12,992 nt of DNA from Myxococcota bacterium (GTDB lineage Bacteria > Myxococcota_A > UBA796 > GCA-2862545): positions 1 to 12,992 of the forward strand of contig JBCCQY010000212.1 in assembly GCA_039208735.1 (NCBI GenBank), read 5' to 3'. The translations under genes were made by a program, and so were the position numbers. The notes below the pieces were generated by a model that worked only from the letters and a program-made list of their open reading frames with translations, was not told where the DNA came from and did not search any database. Of this stretch, positions 1 to 8,388 are shown piece by piece (position 1 is the stretch's first letter; every line of letters begins with the position of its first letter).

Positions 1-115
1 ATGCCATCGTTAGCGCAGGCAGGAATACGAGCCCACTTGCCAGCGCAATGAGGAGCCCGCTGGTCCGAATTCGGAAGTTGCGGGTTTGGAAGGTCGAACC
101 TTTGTCATCGTGCAT
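1..115 (-). CDS. 5' end of a probable secreted protein, running off the left edge
   Basis: ATG at 115-113 preceded by GGAGA. Translation MHDDKGSTFQTRNFRIRTSGLLIALASGLVFLPALTMA has a basic n-region and a hydrophobic h-region like a signal peptide, and is open to position 1. Confidence 0.4.
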   Translation of the reverse strand, partial: MHDDKGSTFQTRNFRIRTSGLLIALASGLVFLPALTMA

Positions 116-241
116 GGGTATTTCTCCGGTGGACCTTTCTTCCCAGCAATCGCCATTCCAGGCGATTTCACCTGGTAGCAGCCAGGTCGAGTTAACGAGC
201 AAATCGAGTAGTCAGCGTGTGAAGGACACGCCGTGGTCGTT

Positions 242-556
242 CTAAGGACGGGGAACGTCAACCCCTTGAGCAAGGTTGAACTGCTCGATCTCCCAGGCGT
301 TGGGCACGCGAATGTCGCAGAGCGAGTCCCCCGCACACCAAGTAGCAGGAAGCGGGATTGGAGCTGGAACATCGGCTCGCCCGTTGGGGTCCTCTTCGAT
401 GAGCTTTGATGGCGCGTCGAAGCCATCTCGCGTGAACACCCGAGTTTCGGGCTCCAAAGGTTGTTCGCAGCCAATGAGCAGCACACCGAAGATCCCTACG
501 TTGGGCCTTCCTCCCTGGCCCGAGGTTGACTCTGCGGCACGATGGTTAACGGGCAT
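242..556 (-). CDS. Hypothetical protein or remnant, possible lipoprotein
   Basis: ORF contains a lipobox-like GIFGVLLIGC. Start is uncertain and no domain is recognised. Confidence 0.25.
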   Translation of the reverse strand: MPVNHRAAESTSGQGGRPNVGIFGVLLIGCEQPLEPETRVFTRDGFDAPSKLIEEDPNGRADVPAPIPLPATWCAGDSLCDIRVPNAWEIEQFNLAQGVDVPRP

Positions 557-583
557 GCGCAGCGGCGGTGCACCGATTCGAGA

Positions 584-1315
584 CTAATCGGGCTTCAGCC
601 CGTCCAGCAGCGCACCCGTCGACACCTCGAACGCCCACCACGGCCGAAGTCCCACGGGTGCCCCCGAGGCCTCCAGCGCGTTGGTTAATGCGTCGCCGCT
701 GGGAAATGCTGTCACCATGACCTCGTGAATCGGTGGATCGCTATGACCAAGGATGTGGCTGTCCACCCGGCCACGCCAGATTCGGGTGGCCCCGACCGCA
801 GCGTGGGCACTATCTCGTGTCTTCCGCCACTCCGCACTCGCCTCTCCAGTGGCATCGCTAAAGCCGAACAGCTCCATAAGCGTGATGGTCCCATGGCCTG
901 GATGCGAGCTGTACTCCAGCGTCGTCGCGGCCAACAGCCACTGCCCCTCGAGCCCCGCCTTGCGCGCGCCATGGTCGCTGGCTCCCCGAAGGATGAACTC
1001 GAGCATCTTCGCCGGGCTTGCATACTGCATCAGCCCGGCCTCGCCGAACTCGTGGCGCGACGCACCGGACCGCTGCGTACGCACCTCTCCGCTCCAAAGC
1101 AGCTTCGACCCCAGCGGTGCCTGCGCCTTCTCGACTGAACGCACATAGATGCGGTAGGCCTCACGCCCCGAGAGATGGGCGTGTTTTCCGGTCGCCTGTG
1201 CCTTGTAGGCGAGCAGATTGACCATTACGAACGGCGAGTTCTCCCGCCACAACGCGCGCGCCATGCGCAGCGGATTGGGCAATCGAGCAATCGACGAGGA
1301 GTCGGGGTCAAACAT
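584..1315 (-). CDS. DUF1330-like (dimeric alpha+beta barrel) protein, apparently two tandem domains
   Basis: Motifs FDP..., PFVMVNLLAYK, SGREAYRIY, LLWSGEV, YAS, ARKAGLEGQWL. The second half repeats the pattern (ITLMELFGF, IWRGRV). GGGAGG RBS before the ATG at 1315. Confidence 0.75.
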   Translation of the reverse strand: MFDPDSSSIARLPNPLRMARALWRENSPFVMVNLLAYKAQATGKHAHLSGREAYRIYVRSVEKAQAPLGSKLLWSGEVRTQRSGASRHEFGEAGLMQYASPAKMLEFILRGASDHGARKAGLEGQWLLAATTLEYSSHPGHGTITLMELFGFSDATGEASAEWRKTRDSAHAAVGATRIWRGRVDSHILGHSDPPIHEVMVTAFPSGDALTNALEASGAPVGLRPWWAFEVSTGALLDGLKPD

Positions 1316-1334
1316 GTGGCCTCCCAAACGCTCC

Positions 1335-1700
1335 GTGGCCTGGACCCGCAACCGCTCGGCCATCCTGAACAGCGCTCGGGTTGTTCTGACCGAGCGTCCG
1401 TTGGCGAGCATGGCCGAGATCGCTGCACACGCCGGGGTTGTTCGACGGACGGTCTATGGCCACTTTGCCAGCCGCGCAGAGCTGTTGCAAGCGACCGTGC
1501 GCTGAGGCACGGAGGAGATGCTCGACATCATCGAGTCGCTGGGCATCGAGGCCCGAGCCCCTGACGAGGCGTTGGCGACGGTCGTTGTCCACCTCTGGAC
1601 GATGTCGAGCAGCCACTGGCCCCTGGTCGCGCTCGCACGCGCCGAGGCCCCTGAGACCGTTGCGCACGCCACCGCATCCGTACGGGCCCGCATGGCTGCG
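1335..1700 (+). pseudogene. TetR/AcrR-family regulator, interrupted by an in-frame TGA and C-terminally truncated
   Basis: TetR HTH: RNRSAILNSARVVL...ASMAEIAAHAGVVRRTVYGHFASRAELL. TGA at 1503-1505, after which the same frame continues (GTEEMLDII...). Start is uncertain (GTG 1335 or ATG 1314). Confidence 0.8.
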
Positions 1701-2262
1701 GATCGACGTCGCATGGCCGGCCTGTCGCACGAGCTACGCACCCCGCTGACTCGCATCCGGCGGGAACTCGCGCTGGCGCGGCAGACCGAGGGCGAGTCTC
1801 CGCGAATCGATAGGATTGATCACGATATCGAAGCGTTCGATCGCATGTTGACCGAGATGCTGTCGCGGCTGGAACTCGGGGGCCGACGCGTGCTGAACCG
1901 AGAGCTCGTGGATCTCGATGGTCTCGTGCAGCTCGTCCTCCAAGGCGTCGACTTCCACGACGTAGAGCGGGTGGGACGGGCACGGCCTAGATCGCTAACC
2001 TTCTTAGAAACTCTGCTTCACACGCGCCTGGGGGGCCGTTGGGTGCGTGTTCGGCCAGACGGTCTGGAGGTGGGCGACGACGGGCCGGGAATCCTGGCCA
2101 AGGGGAGGGAACGGGTGTTTCACGCTTTCCATCGGGGGCGGGATCCACGGGCCATGGGCTCGGGCTGGCCATCGTGGCCGAGATCGTGAGGCTTCATCGG
2201 GGGTCGATTCAGCTGTCGGAGCCGCCGGGTCTCGTCGTCCGGCTGGCCTTCCCGATGCAGGG
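1701..2262 (+). pseudogene. Sensor histidine kinase core (HisKA + HATPase_c), frameshifted, lacking a sensor domain
   Basis: H-box SHELRTPL, G1 DDGPG and F-box VFHAF lie in one frame. G2 GHGLGLAIVAEIVRLHRGSI lies in another frame after the G-run at 2134-2138 (one G short). The N-box is degenerate. Confidence 0.8.
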
Positions 2263-2319
2263 TTCCCATCGAGGGAGTGACCACCCCACGTCGACCATCG
2301 AAACGCATCGAGCCAAGGT

Positions 2320-3156
2320 TCAGTCGATCTTTGGCGTGTCAAGGGAATTGCACCCGGTCGGTTGGGCCGATGTGTGGCAATTCGCAGAGAGGCACGTCAG
2401 CGGATTGGAGCCTGCCAAATGGCCATCAGGGTGGCACGTATCGCAATCGAGGTTTGCCGTAGAGCCCGGATGGCACCCCTCGCAGCCCGTGACCCACTGT
2501 GTTTCATCCACCTTGGGAACGCAGGTGACCCCATCAAAGACGAAGGTACCGTGAGGCGACCGTGGGGCGTGGAAGAACGGATTCTCCGACCACGCCACAG
2601 GCTGGTGACACGGCCCACAATCCCAGCGAAAGCGAGGGTCCGGTTTCTTCTGGTCGAGGTCGAGGTACTGGATGTAGTGAAGGCCCTGTGGGTTGGAGGG
2701 GTCCTCCGTCCAGCGTTCGGCCTCGTGGCAATTCCAGCAATACGCCGATTCATCTTCAAGGTCGGCGTAGTTCTTCGTGTCTTTGTGACACGCCGAACAG
2801 TCCTGGTCATGGGACCCTTCGAGCGGCAAAAAGTCGTGAAACCCCTCTTCCACACCCAGAACATCGGCCCACGCAAAGTGCTCGCTGCTGTGGCAACCCG
2901 CATCATTGCACGTTTGGTTCGGGAAGTGCGTGGGGCTCTTTCGGTCCTCTTCGTGGCAGCTCTGGCAGTTGGTTGACAGCGCTTGGTAGGGGCGGCCCTC
3001 GGTGTGGCAGGCTTCGCACGTCAGCTGTGCGTGGGCCCCTGCGATGACAAACCGAGCGGGTTGGGGTTCGGCCGTGAATCGATTGCAGGCAATGGCCAGA
3101 GCAGCAACAATGACGAAGGCAGCTCGCGGCGTGCCTCCGGGTCGCATCATGGTCAT
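2320..3156 (-). CDS. Multiheme c-type cytochrome lipoprotein (up to 9 hemes)
   Basis: Lipobox ALAIAC. Seven CxxCH (CEACH, CQSCH, CSACH, CWNCH, CGPCH, CEGCH, CDTCH) and two Cx4CH (CNDAGCH, CLSANCH). Repeated [FL]xxxGxH motif before the first heme site of the first two modules. Confidence 0.92.
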   Translation of the reverse strand: MTMMRPGGTPRAAFVIVAALAIACNRFTAEPQPARFVIAGAHAQLTCEACHTEGRPYQALSTNCQSCHEEDRKSPTHFPNQTCNDAGCHSSEHFAWADVLGVEEGFHDFLPLEGSHDQDCSACHKDTKNYADLEDESAYCWNCHEAERWTEDPSNPQGLHYIQYLDLDQKKPDPRFRWDCGPCHQPVAWSENPFFHAPRSPHGTFVFDGVTCVPKVDETQWVTGCEGCHPGSTANLDCDTCHPDGHLAGSNPLTCLSANCHTSAQPTGCNSLDTPKID

Positions 3157-3240
3157 GGCTGTCCTTGCCCCGCGGACGCACCGTATCCCTCGATTCAGGA
3201 CGCGTCACGACCTAGCACCCGGCATACCGGTTTGACAGAT

Positions 3241-3286
3241 TTGCCAAGCGAGGCTGAGCGATGATTCGGACCAAGGCGCTTGGCAA
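3241..3286 (-). terminator. Possible hairpin/terminator just downstream of the TSP3-repeat gene
   Basis: Perfect 10-bp inverted repeat TTGCCAAGCG (3241-3250) / CGCTTGGCAA (3277-3286), beginning 7 nt after the stop codon. The loop is long (26 nt) and there is no clear U-tract. Confidence 0.3.
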
Positions 3287-3292
3287 GTTGAC

Positions 3293-4366
3293 TCAGCTCG
3301 AACGTCGTGGCCTGCTGCGCCACCATGTCAGAGCCAGTCCCGCGAGGAGCCAACTCGGGCCCCACGGCCCACCACCATGCTGGCAGCCGCCTGACTCCTC
3401 ATCCTCATCCCCGCTCGCGATGCTGAACGTGCAGGCGTCCCCGATGCCATCGTTGTCACTATCGAGCTGGTCGATGTTCTCGATGTAGGGACAGTTGTCT
3501 ACGTCTCCGCAGAGGCCGTCCATGTCGGCGTCGTCTAGCGGGTCGAATGGGCAGGGGTCGCTGTCGGTGCAACGACCATCGTCATCCGGATCATTGTCTG
3601 GATCGATGGGGCAAACATCACACACATCTCCGATGCCATCTTCGTCCCAGTCCTGCTGGCTCGGGTTCTCTTGATCCGGGCAATTGTCGTCGAGATTGGC
3701 CACAGCATCGAAGTCGTCATCCTGACCGGCCCAGCTGACAGCCCGGAGCAGCAGCCGGGTTGCATCGGGAATCGTTCCGTTGAGGAGGGGTTTGTTCTCA
3801 TAGGTGCCAAAGTCCGCGAGAAAGGTAGGACCGAGGGATACGACGCGACCATCGCCCTGCGTCCACGCGGCACTCGTGACCGAGTCTCCCTCCCGCGTCA
3901 GGGGAGTCGCCCCCGAACGCAGCGGGCCAAATGAAGAAAACTGCGGATTCTCGAAGACCTGCAGCCCGTTTGTGATGGGATGACCAGGGACCGGCAAGAC
4001 GAGTTGTGATTCGACGAAGTCGAAGCTTGGTTCCATGGGCAGGATCTCAATGAGACCAGGATAAGTTTCATCTCGCTGGTTTCCTTCGGCGTAGGCTAGC
4101 ACCCAGCCCGTGACCACGACGCCACCGCCACCTTCCACGAAGTCACCCAGCAGGGAATCGAAGGACCAATCCCAGTCGCAGGCCGAGTTTCCGGCGCCGA
4201 GCAACAGTACATCGAAGTCGCCAAGGGGTTGATCCCCGAGAAGATCGTCGGCGGACGTGACGCGCACCTCGTGGCCCGCGGTCGTGAGAACGGCCGTTGC
4301 GGCCTCCACGACTTCTCCAGGCTCGACGTAGCAACTGTCCGGCGTCGCGGCGATTGCGATCAACAT
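3293..4366 (-). CDS. Cell-surface protein: class I glutamine-amidotransferase-like (ThuA/DUF4350-like) N-domain, thrombospondin type 3 repeats, MYXO-CTERM-like tail
   Basis: AAGGAGG RBS. GATase-like fold strings LGDFDVLLL, FVEGGGGVVVTG, HPITNGL, GDGRVV. Asp-rich DNCP/DVCP/DPCP...DxDxDGIGDxC repeats. C-terminal GGC + hydrophobic segment + RSRPRR. Confidence 0.85.
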   Translation of the reverse strand: MLIAIAATPDSCYVEPGEVVEAATAVLTTAGHEVRVTSADDLLGDQPLGDFDVLLLGAGNSACDWDWSFDSLLGDFVEGGGGVVVTGWVLAYAEGNQRDETYPGLIEILPMEPSFDFVESQLVLPVPGHPITNGLQVFENPQFSSFGPLRSGATPLTREGDSVTSAAWTQGDGRVVSLGPTFLADFGTYENKPLLNGTIPDATRLLLRAVSWAGQDDDFDAVANLDDNCPDQENPSQQDWDEDGIGDVCDVCPIDPDNDPDDDGRCTDSDPCPFDPLDDADMDGLCGDVDNCPYIENIDQLDSDNDGIGDACTFSIASGDEDEESGGCQHGGGPWGPSWLLAGLALTWWRSRPRRSS

Positions 4367-4465
4367 ACGAACCTCCTTGGCGAACCAACCGAACTCGTCG
4401 GCGTCAAAGCAGCGTCAAAGGCCCAACCGACGCGATATGTCGCCCATCGAGAAACAGGAGGAGCC

Positions 4466-5440
4466 ATGCAGGCATCGTGGGGCGCGCTCGGCGTGTTGGT
4501 GTTGTTGAGCTGCCGATCCACTGGGGCATCGTCGGTCGCTGCACCCGCGCCAAGCCAAATCGAGCTGCCCTGCACCTACGCCGATGGGCTCGTGGTCAGC
4601 TACACGCTGGCCACCACAAACTCCACAGTACAGGAGCAGCTCGTGGACGGCGTCGCCATGTCGTTCGAGACGCCCATGTCGCTCCGGTTTATGCAACCAG
4701 AACGTTCCAGCGTCGTCCAGGTGGAGTTCGGAACAACCCGAATCCGGGTCGAGTCCGACCAGCTCAGCGTCGACGAGCGCCAGGAGGTGGAGCGAGCGCT
4801 ATCTGCGCAGCTGACCAGCTCCCAGCTGCCATCTGTCCCCCCCTTTGCCCTTCGCATCGAGAAGGGGCGACCGGTCGACGTATGGGACGCTGAGAACGCC
4901 GAAGGTACCGTTCGAGGCATTGTCGAATGGCTGGAGGGACTCTACCCGAAGGAGACAGCTGAAAAGGTTCTCGACCGTATGTTGACCCCCGAGGCGATCG
5001 AGACCATGCTCGCCTCAATGGTCAACGAAACCGCGCAGCTTTTTGTGTTGCAGTGCGGCGTTTATCCGTTGGAAACGCCACTCGAGATCGAGTGGTTTGC
5101 GCCCAGTGCCTTCGGCGCGTGGCCCGCTAAGGTGACCCGTGAATTCGAAGTGTCTCACGACCCCATCACCCATACAGCGAGTGTGAAAGCGGTGGACCGG
5201 ATCAACCCCGAAGACCTCGCCCGCGCCACTCAAGCGCTGTTGGGGATGTCTGAGGAAGCTGCACCGCCACCCAATATGGAGGACTGGTCGATCGAACAGT
5301 CCACGACGATCGAGAGCGTCTATTCTCTGGTCGATGGCCTGCCGGTTCGAACGTCTATCGAATCCCGGCTGGTCGTCTCAAGCCCAGAAGAGTCTTCGCA
5401 AGAAATCAAATGGCGCAGCTATACTCGTGTATCGGAGTGA
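4466..5440 (+). CDS. Hypothetical lipoprotein (324 aa)
   Basis: AGGAGGAG RBS before ATG 4466. Lipobox LVLLSC. Long ORF with protein-like composition. Confidence 0.8.
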   Translation: MQASWGALGVLVLLSCRSTGASSVAAPAPSQIELPCTYADGLVVSYTLATTNSTVQEQLVDGVAMSFETPMSLRFMQPERSSVVQVEFGTTRIRVESDQLSVDERQEVERALSAQLTSSQLPSVPPFALRIEKGRPVDVWDAENAEGTVRGIVEWLEGLYPKETAEKVLDRMLTPEAIETMLASMVNETAQLFVLQCGVYPLETPLEIEWFAPSAFGAWPAKVTREFEVSHDPITHTASVKAVDRINPEDLARATQALLGMSEEAAPPPNMEDWSIEQSTTIESVYSLVDGLPVRTSIESRLVVSSPEESSQEIKWRSYTRVSE

Positions 5441-5756
5441 GTGGAGTCGGCGTGCGGACCGCGCGAAGGGCCCGGCTGAACCGGGTCACCTTGCGCCCCG
5501 AGAGGTGTCTCTCGCGTCGCAGCAGGCGGGCGTGCCGACGCGGGTGTGGCATGGAGCGCCGTATCATGCCTTCCGAAAGGGCTTCAAGAGCGGGCTCCTC
5601 CGGGCCGGCGTGGCCCCCGACGCCGTCGACCACCTGCAGGGGCACGTGATCTCGGGCAGTCGGGGGCGCTACATCGACCCATTCGTGGCCTACGACTTGG
5701 TGGAGGTGGTGGGGAGGGCGCCCTCGCTGCGAGCGATTAGCTCGAATGCATCCTGA
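5441..5756 (+). pseudogene. C-terminal remnant of a tyrosine recombinase/integrase
   Basis: Catalytic motifs in order: HAFR (HxxR), LQGH (H/W) and GRY (catalytic Tyr) in PYHAFRKGFKSGLLRAGVAPDAVDHLQGHVISGSRGRY. No N-terminal part is adjacent. Confidence 0.8.
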
Positions 5757-6022
5757 AACTCTCCTGTCGCCACGAGGTCTTCTACGACTTCCTCGATGAC
5801 AGACTGAGAGAGCCGTTCCACGATCACCGGAAAGGTCGACCAGAAGTAGAGACCCGAAGCGCACTCCCCCGTCGTCGACCAGCGAAGCATCAGCTTTCGA
5901 ATCGACGCCAAGGTGAAGAAGGTGGCGGCAAAACGCCGACCATCGGAGAAGTCGACCACCACGTCGACGTTGTCCTCAAGAGGGTCAACTACATCGTGTA
6001 GGACGTTCAGCTTCCATTCCAC
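5690..6022 (-). CDS. Probable immunity protein of a polymorphic toxin
   Basis: Small acidic protein (DNVDVVVDFSDGRRFAATFFTL...GECASGLYFW) whose GTG overlaps the upstream toxin stop (TAGTG), with a GGAGG RBS. I recall this motif set from genes downstream of Rhs-type toxin tips. Confidence 0.6.
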   Translation of the reverse strand: MEWKLNVLHDVVDPLEDNVDVVVDFSDGRRFAATFFTLASIRKLMLRWSTTGECASGLYFWSTFPVIVERLSQSVIEEVVEDLVATGEFQDAFELIARSEGALPTTSTKS

Positions 6023-6219
6023 TACGGGCCTCCAAACACCTTGAGCACTTCCTTGATCACCTCGGGCTGATTGCCCTTATGGGACTTTCCGAGGACCTCG
6101 ACTTTGCCATCGACCACGCGGAAGTAGACTCGCGCACCGTCGCGAGCGCGTGCTTCTGATATTCCCTTTCCGATCGGCCTCGTCCCGGTACCAGGATTGA
6201 GATTGCCCTTTCCAAGTTC
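6022..6219 (-). pseudogene. Truncated polymorphic toxin C-terminal domain, RelE/ParE-like (BECR) RNase candidate
   Basis: ELGKGNLNPGTGTRPIGKGISEARARDGARVYFRVVDGKVEVLGKSHKGNQ has the RelE-type E-x-R...G-x-R-V-Y-F strand pattern. Its 5' part is replaced by IS sequence. Confidence 0.6.
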
Positions 6220-6540
6220 GTGTTGCTGGAAACCTGGCTCGATCACGACCACCCACACGCCGACGCTTTCGAGACCTTCGCCAACTTCAGGCTCGCGGAA
6301 TCCAGATCGGGCCCGGCGCAATGGAAGCCCTTCACCCCGTCGCCAGCCAAGCTCGGCTCAAACGCCCAGGAGCACGGTGGTTGCCTCGAACCTCCCAGGC
6401 CATCCTCAACCTGCGGATGATGGAGATGGCCGGTCGCTGGGACGAGTTCTGGGACCATCCCGATCTTCCCGCACGGCTTGCGCCCGAACCTGCCAATACG
6501 AATAGCCTCAGGACGGCGTGACCGGGCCAGGGATCACGCC
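6220..6540 (+). mobile_element. 3' remnant of an ISKra4-like (UPF0236) DDE transposase
   Basis: LQARGIQIGPGAMEALH...QARLKRPGARW...SQAILNLR...GRWDEFW matches the family's IGSG.VE...RLK..G.RW....AIL.LR.....W..FW C-terminus. Stop at 6519-6521. The right end may lie near GGATCACGCC at 6531-6540. Confidence 0.75.
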
Positions 6541-6592
6541 ATCGGACACTCCCGTCTCGGATGGTCCGATGCGGCCCGCGGTCCTCCGTTCA

Positions 6593-6919
6593 TCACCTGC
6601 GCCACCTCGTGGCCGTCGCGACCCCCGCCATACTCGAGGAGGCGGCCGCCGCGGTTTTCTTCACCCAGCCTGTACGCTCGAAGAGCATCCCCGCCTCGAG
6701 GACCGCATGGGGGCTAAGTCGTAAGTTGGGGTCATGGGTCTGTTCGTGGGAGAGGCCCGACTCTCCACCCGCTTCACGCCAGTTCGCCCGAGCCTCCTCG
6801 TGCTCGAGTGCCAGTTCGTCGGCGACCTCGACGAAGTCTGGGAACAACGCCAACTGGACTCTCGCCGGTTGAGCAAGCGCACGATGAGCCCACATGAACT
6901 TTGTTTCTGCACCTGTCAC
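6593..6919 (-). pseudogene. Degraded small hypothetical protein, possibly immunity-like
   Basis: Segment ALAQPARVQLALFPDFVEVADELALEH resembles a small acidic family I recall from toxin loci. The C-terminal part loses protein-like character. Confidence 0.35.
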
Positions 6920-7076
6920 TGATTTGTCGATGTCCGAGTCTGATGTAGGAAGTCGCACGAGCCATACCTGCCCCCTTCCCAGCGCCTGACGTCGGCCCGC
7001 GCATCCGGTGAGAGACGGAGAGGGCCGAACGGGTGCCGTTCGAATTCGCAATAGATGTTCGCCAACGGAGAGGTTC

Positions 7077-7508
7077 ATGGCTTCCAACGTCGCTGTCGCA
7101 GTTCAGATCCGTCCCGAGCGATTCGTCGAGCAGTTCTGCGACGGCGAGGCTCCTACCCAGGACGCCCTCGATGTGGCTGGGCTGTCCGTCGTGCTGGCCG
7201 CCGACTTCGTCACGGTGCTCACCCCTCACCCACCGTCCGTGACCATCGCGTTCGCGCTGGCTCGAGTCGATCGCGCCCTCCCAGGACTGCAAGCCGAGAG
7301 CAAGATGGTCGCCGTTGGGCTCGGGGGCGGAAGACCGGGCCCCGAGACGCGGTTCGAAGACTGGACGGAGCACTGGGTCCGCGGGACCGCCCCCCGCCAG
7401 GACGAACGGACCGTCGTCGAGGCCCTGTTTGGCGCGATCGCGGGCGGCATGGCGAAGCAGCGCCGCACGGCAGCGCTGGATGTCGGTGGCGACGGACACC
7501 CGGAGTGA
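7077..7508 (+). CDS. Hypothetical protein (143 aa)
   Basis: GGAGAGG RBS before ATG 7077. Codons are mostly G/C-ending. No domain recognised. Confidence 0.55.
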   Translation: MASNVAVAVQIRPERFVEQFCDGEAPTQDALDVAGLSVVLAADFVTVLTPHPPSVTIAFALARVDRALPGLQAESKMVAVGLGGGRPGPETRFEDWTEHWVRGTAPRQDERTVVEALFGAIAGGMAKQRRTAALDVGGDGHPE

Positions 7509-7622
7509 CGTCGCCGGGGCGACGCAGGGCCCCCGGCTCCGATGGACCGCGATCACCGTTGGCGGCGGGCCGTATTCGGACGCCCCGAACTGGGAGAGCA
7601 CAAAAAAGCTACCTGTCGAGGC

Positions 7623-8291
7623 ATGACCTACGTGCCTCGAATCAAGATCTGCTGCATCGCGTCTCCGGCCGAAGCCGACTTGGCCGTTTCGCTGGGTGCT
7701 GACATTCTGGGCTTCGTCGCCGAACCTGCCTCGGGCCCCGGTGTCGTGACCAACGATGCCATCCGCTCGATGGTGTGCACCGTGCCTCCCGGCGTCAACA
7801 CCTTCCTGCTCACCCTGCGCACCACCGCACCCGAGATCGCCGAACACGTGGCGTTCTGCGGTACGGACAGTGTTCAGCTGGTCAAGCATCTCGACCCCGC
7901 CGAACATGAACGGCTGGCGACCCTGATGCCCCCAAACATTCGGCGCATTCAGGTCATTCACGTGGAAGACGACTCGGTCCTCGACCTGATCGATGTCTAC
8001 ACCCCGTTCGTCGATGCATTCCTGCTTGATAGTGGCCGTCCGAACGCCGCGGTTCCTGACTTCGGGGGCACCGGTCGCACGCACGACTGGTCGATCAGTC
8101 GCGCTTACGTGCAACGGTCGAAGCTCCCCGTCTTCCTGGCTGGAGGTTTGAACGCCGGAAACGTGGGAGACGCGATCGAGCGCGTCGACCCCTTCGGCCT
8201 GGACCTGTGTTCGGGCGTGCGGTCCAACGGCCAACTCGATGAAGGCAAACTCAGGGCCTACTTCGAGGCCGTCCGTGCGGCGCAGAACTGA
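7623..8291 (+). CDS. trpF: Phosphoribosylanthranilate isomerase (TrpF family)
   Basis: IKICCI, GADILGFV, VQL, FLLDS, FGGTGRTHDW, FLAGGLNAGNV, LDLCSGV: the full TrpF motif series. Confidence 0.92.
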   Translation: MTYVPRIKICCIASPAEADLAVSLGADILGFVAEPASGPGVVTNDAIRSMVCTVPPGVNTFLLTLRTTAPEIAEHVAFCGTDSVQLVKHLDPAEHERLATLMPPNIRRIQVIHVEDDSVLDLIDVYTPFVDAFLLDSGRPNAAVPDFGGTGRTHDWSISRAYVQRSKLPVFLAGGLNAGNVGDAIERVDPFGLDLCSGVRSNGQLDEGKLRAYFEAVRAAQN

Positions 8292-8388
8292 TCGCTCGGC
8301 CACCGCGTGATGTGTCCCGTGGACGACCCGGACGGAGCTGCCTCCTGCGTCGGTCGGCGTTTCATCGAGCCGCGGACGACGGCGGCCC

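Noticed and set aside
2285..2345. STIETHRAKVQSIFGV resembles a LuxR HTH C-terminus
   Set aside because: Too short, partly the antisense of the cytochrome 3' end, and no upstream HTH helix is present.
4401..4420. Direct repeat GCGTCAAAG x2 between divergent genes as an operator
   Set aside because: Only two short copies, no cognate regulator nearby, and it may simply be decayed signal-peptide coding sequence.
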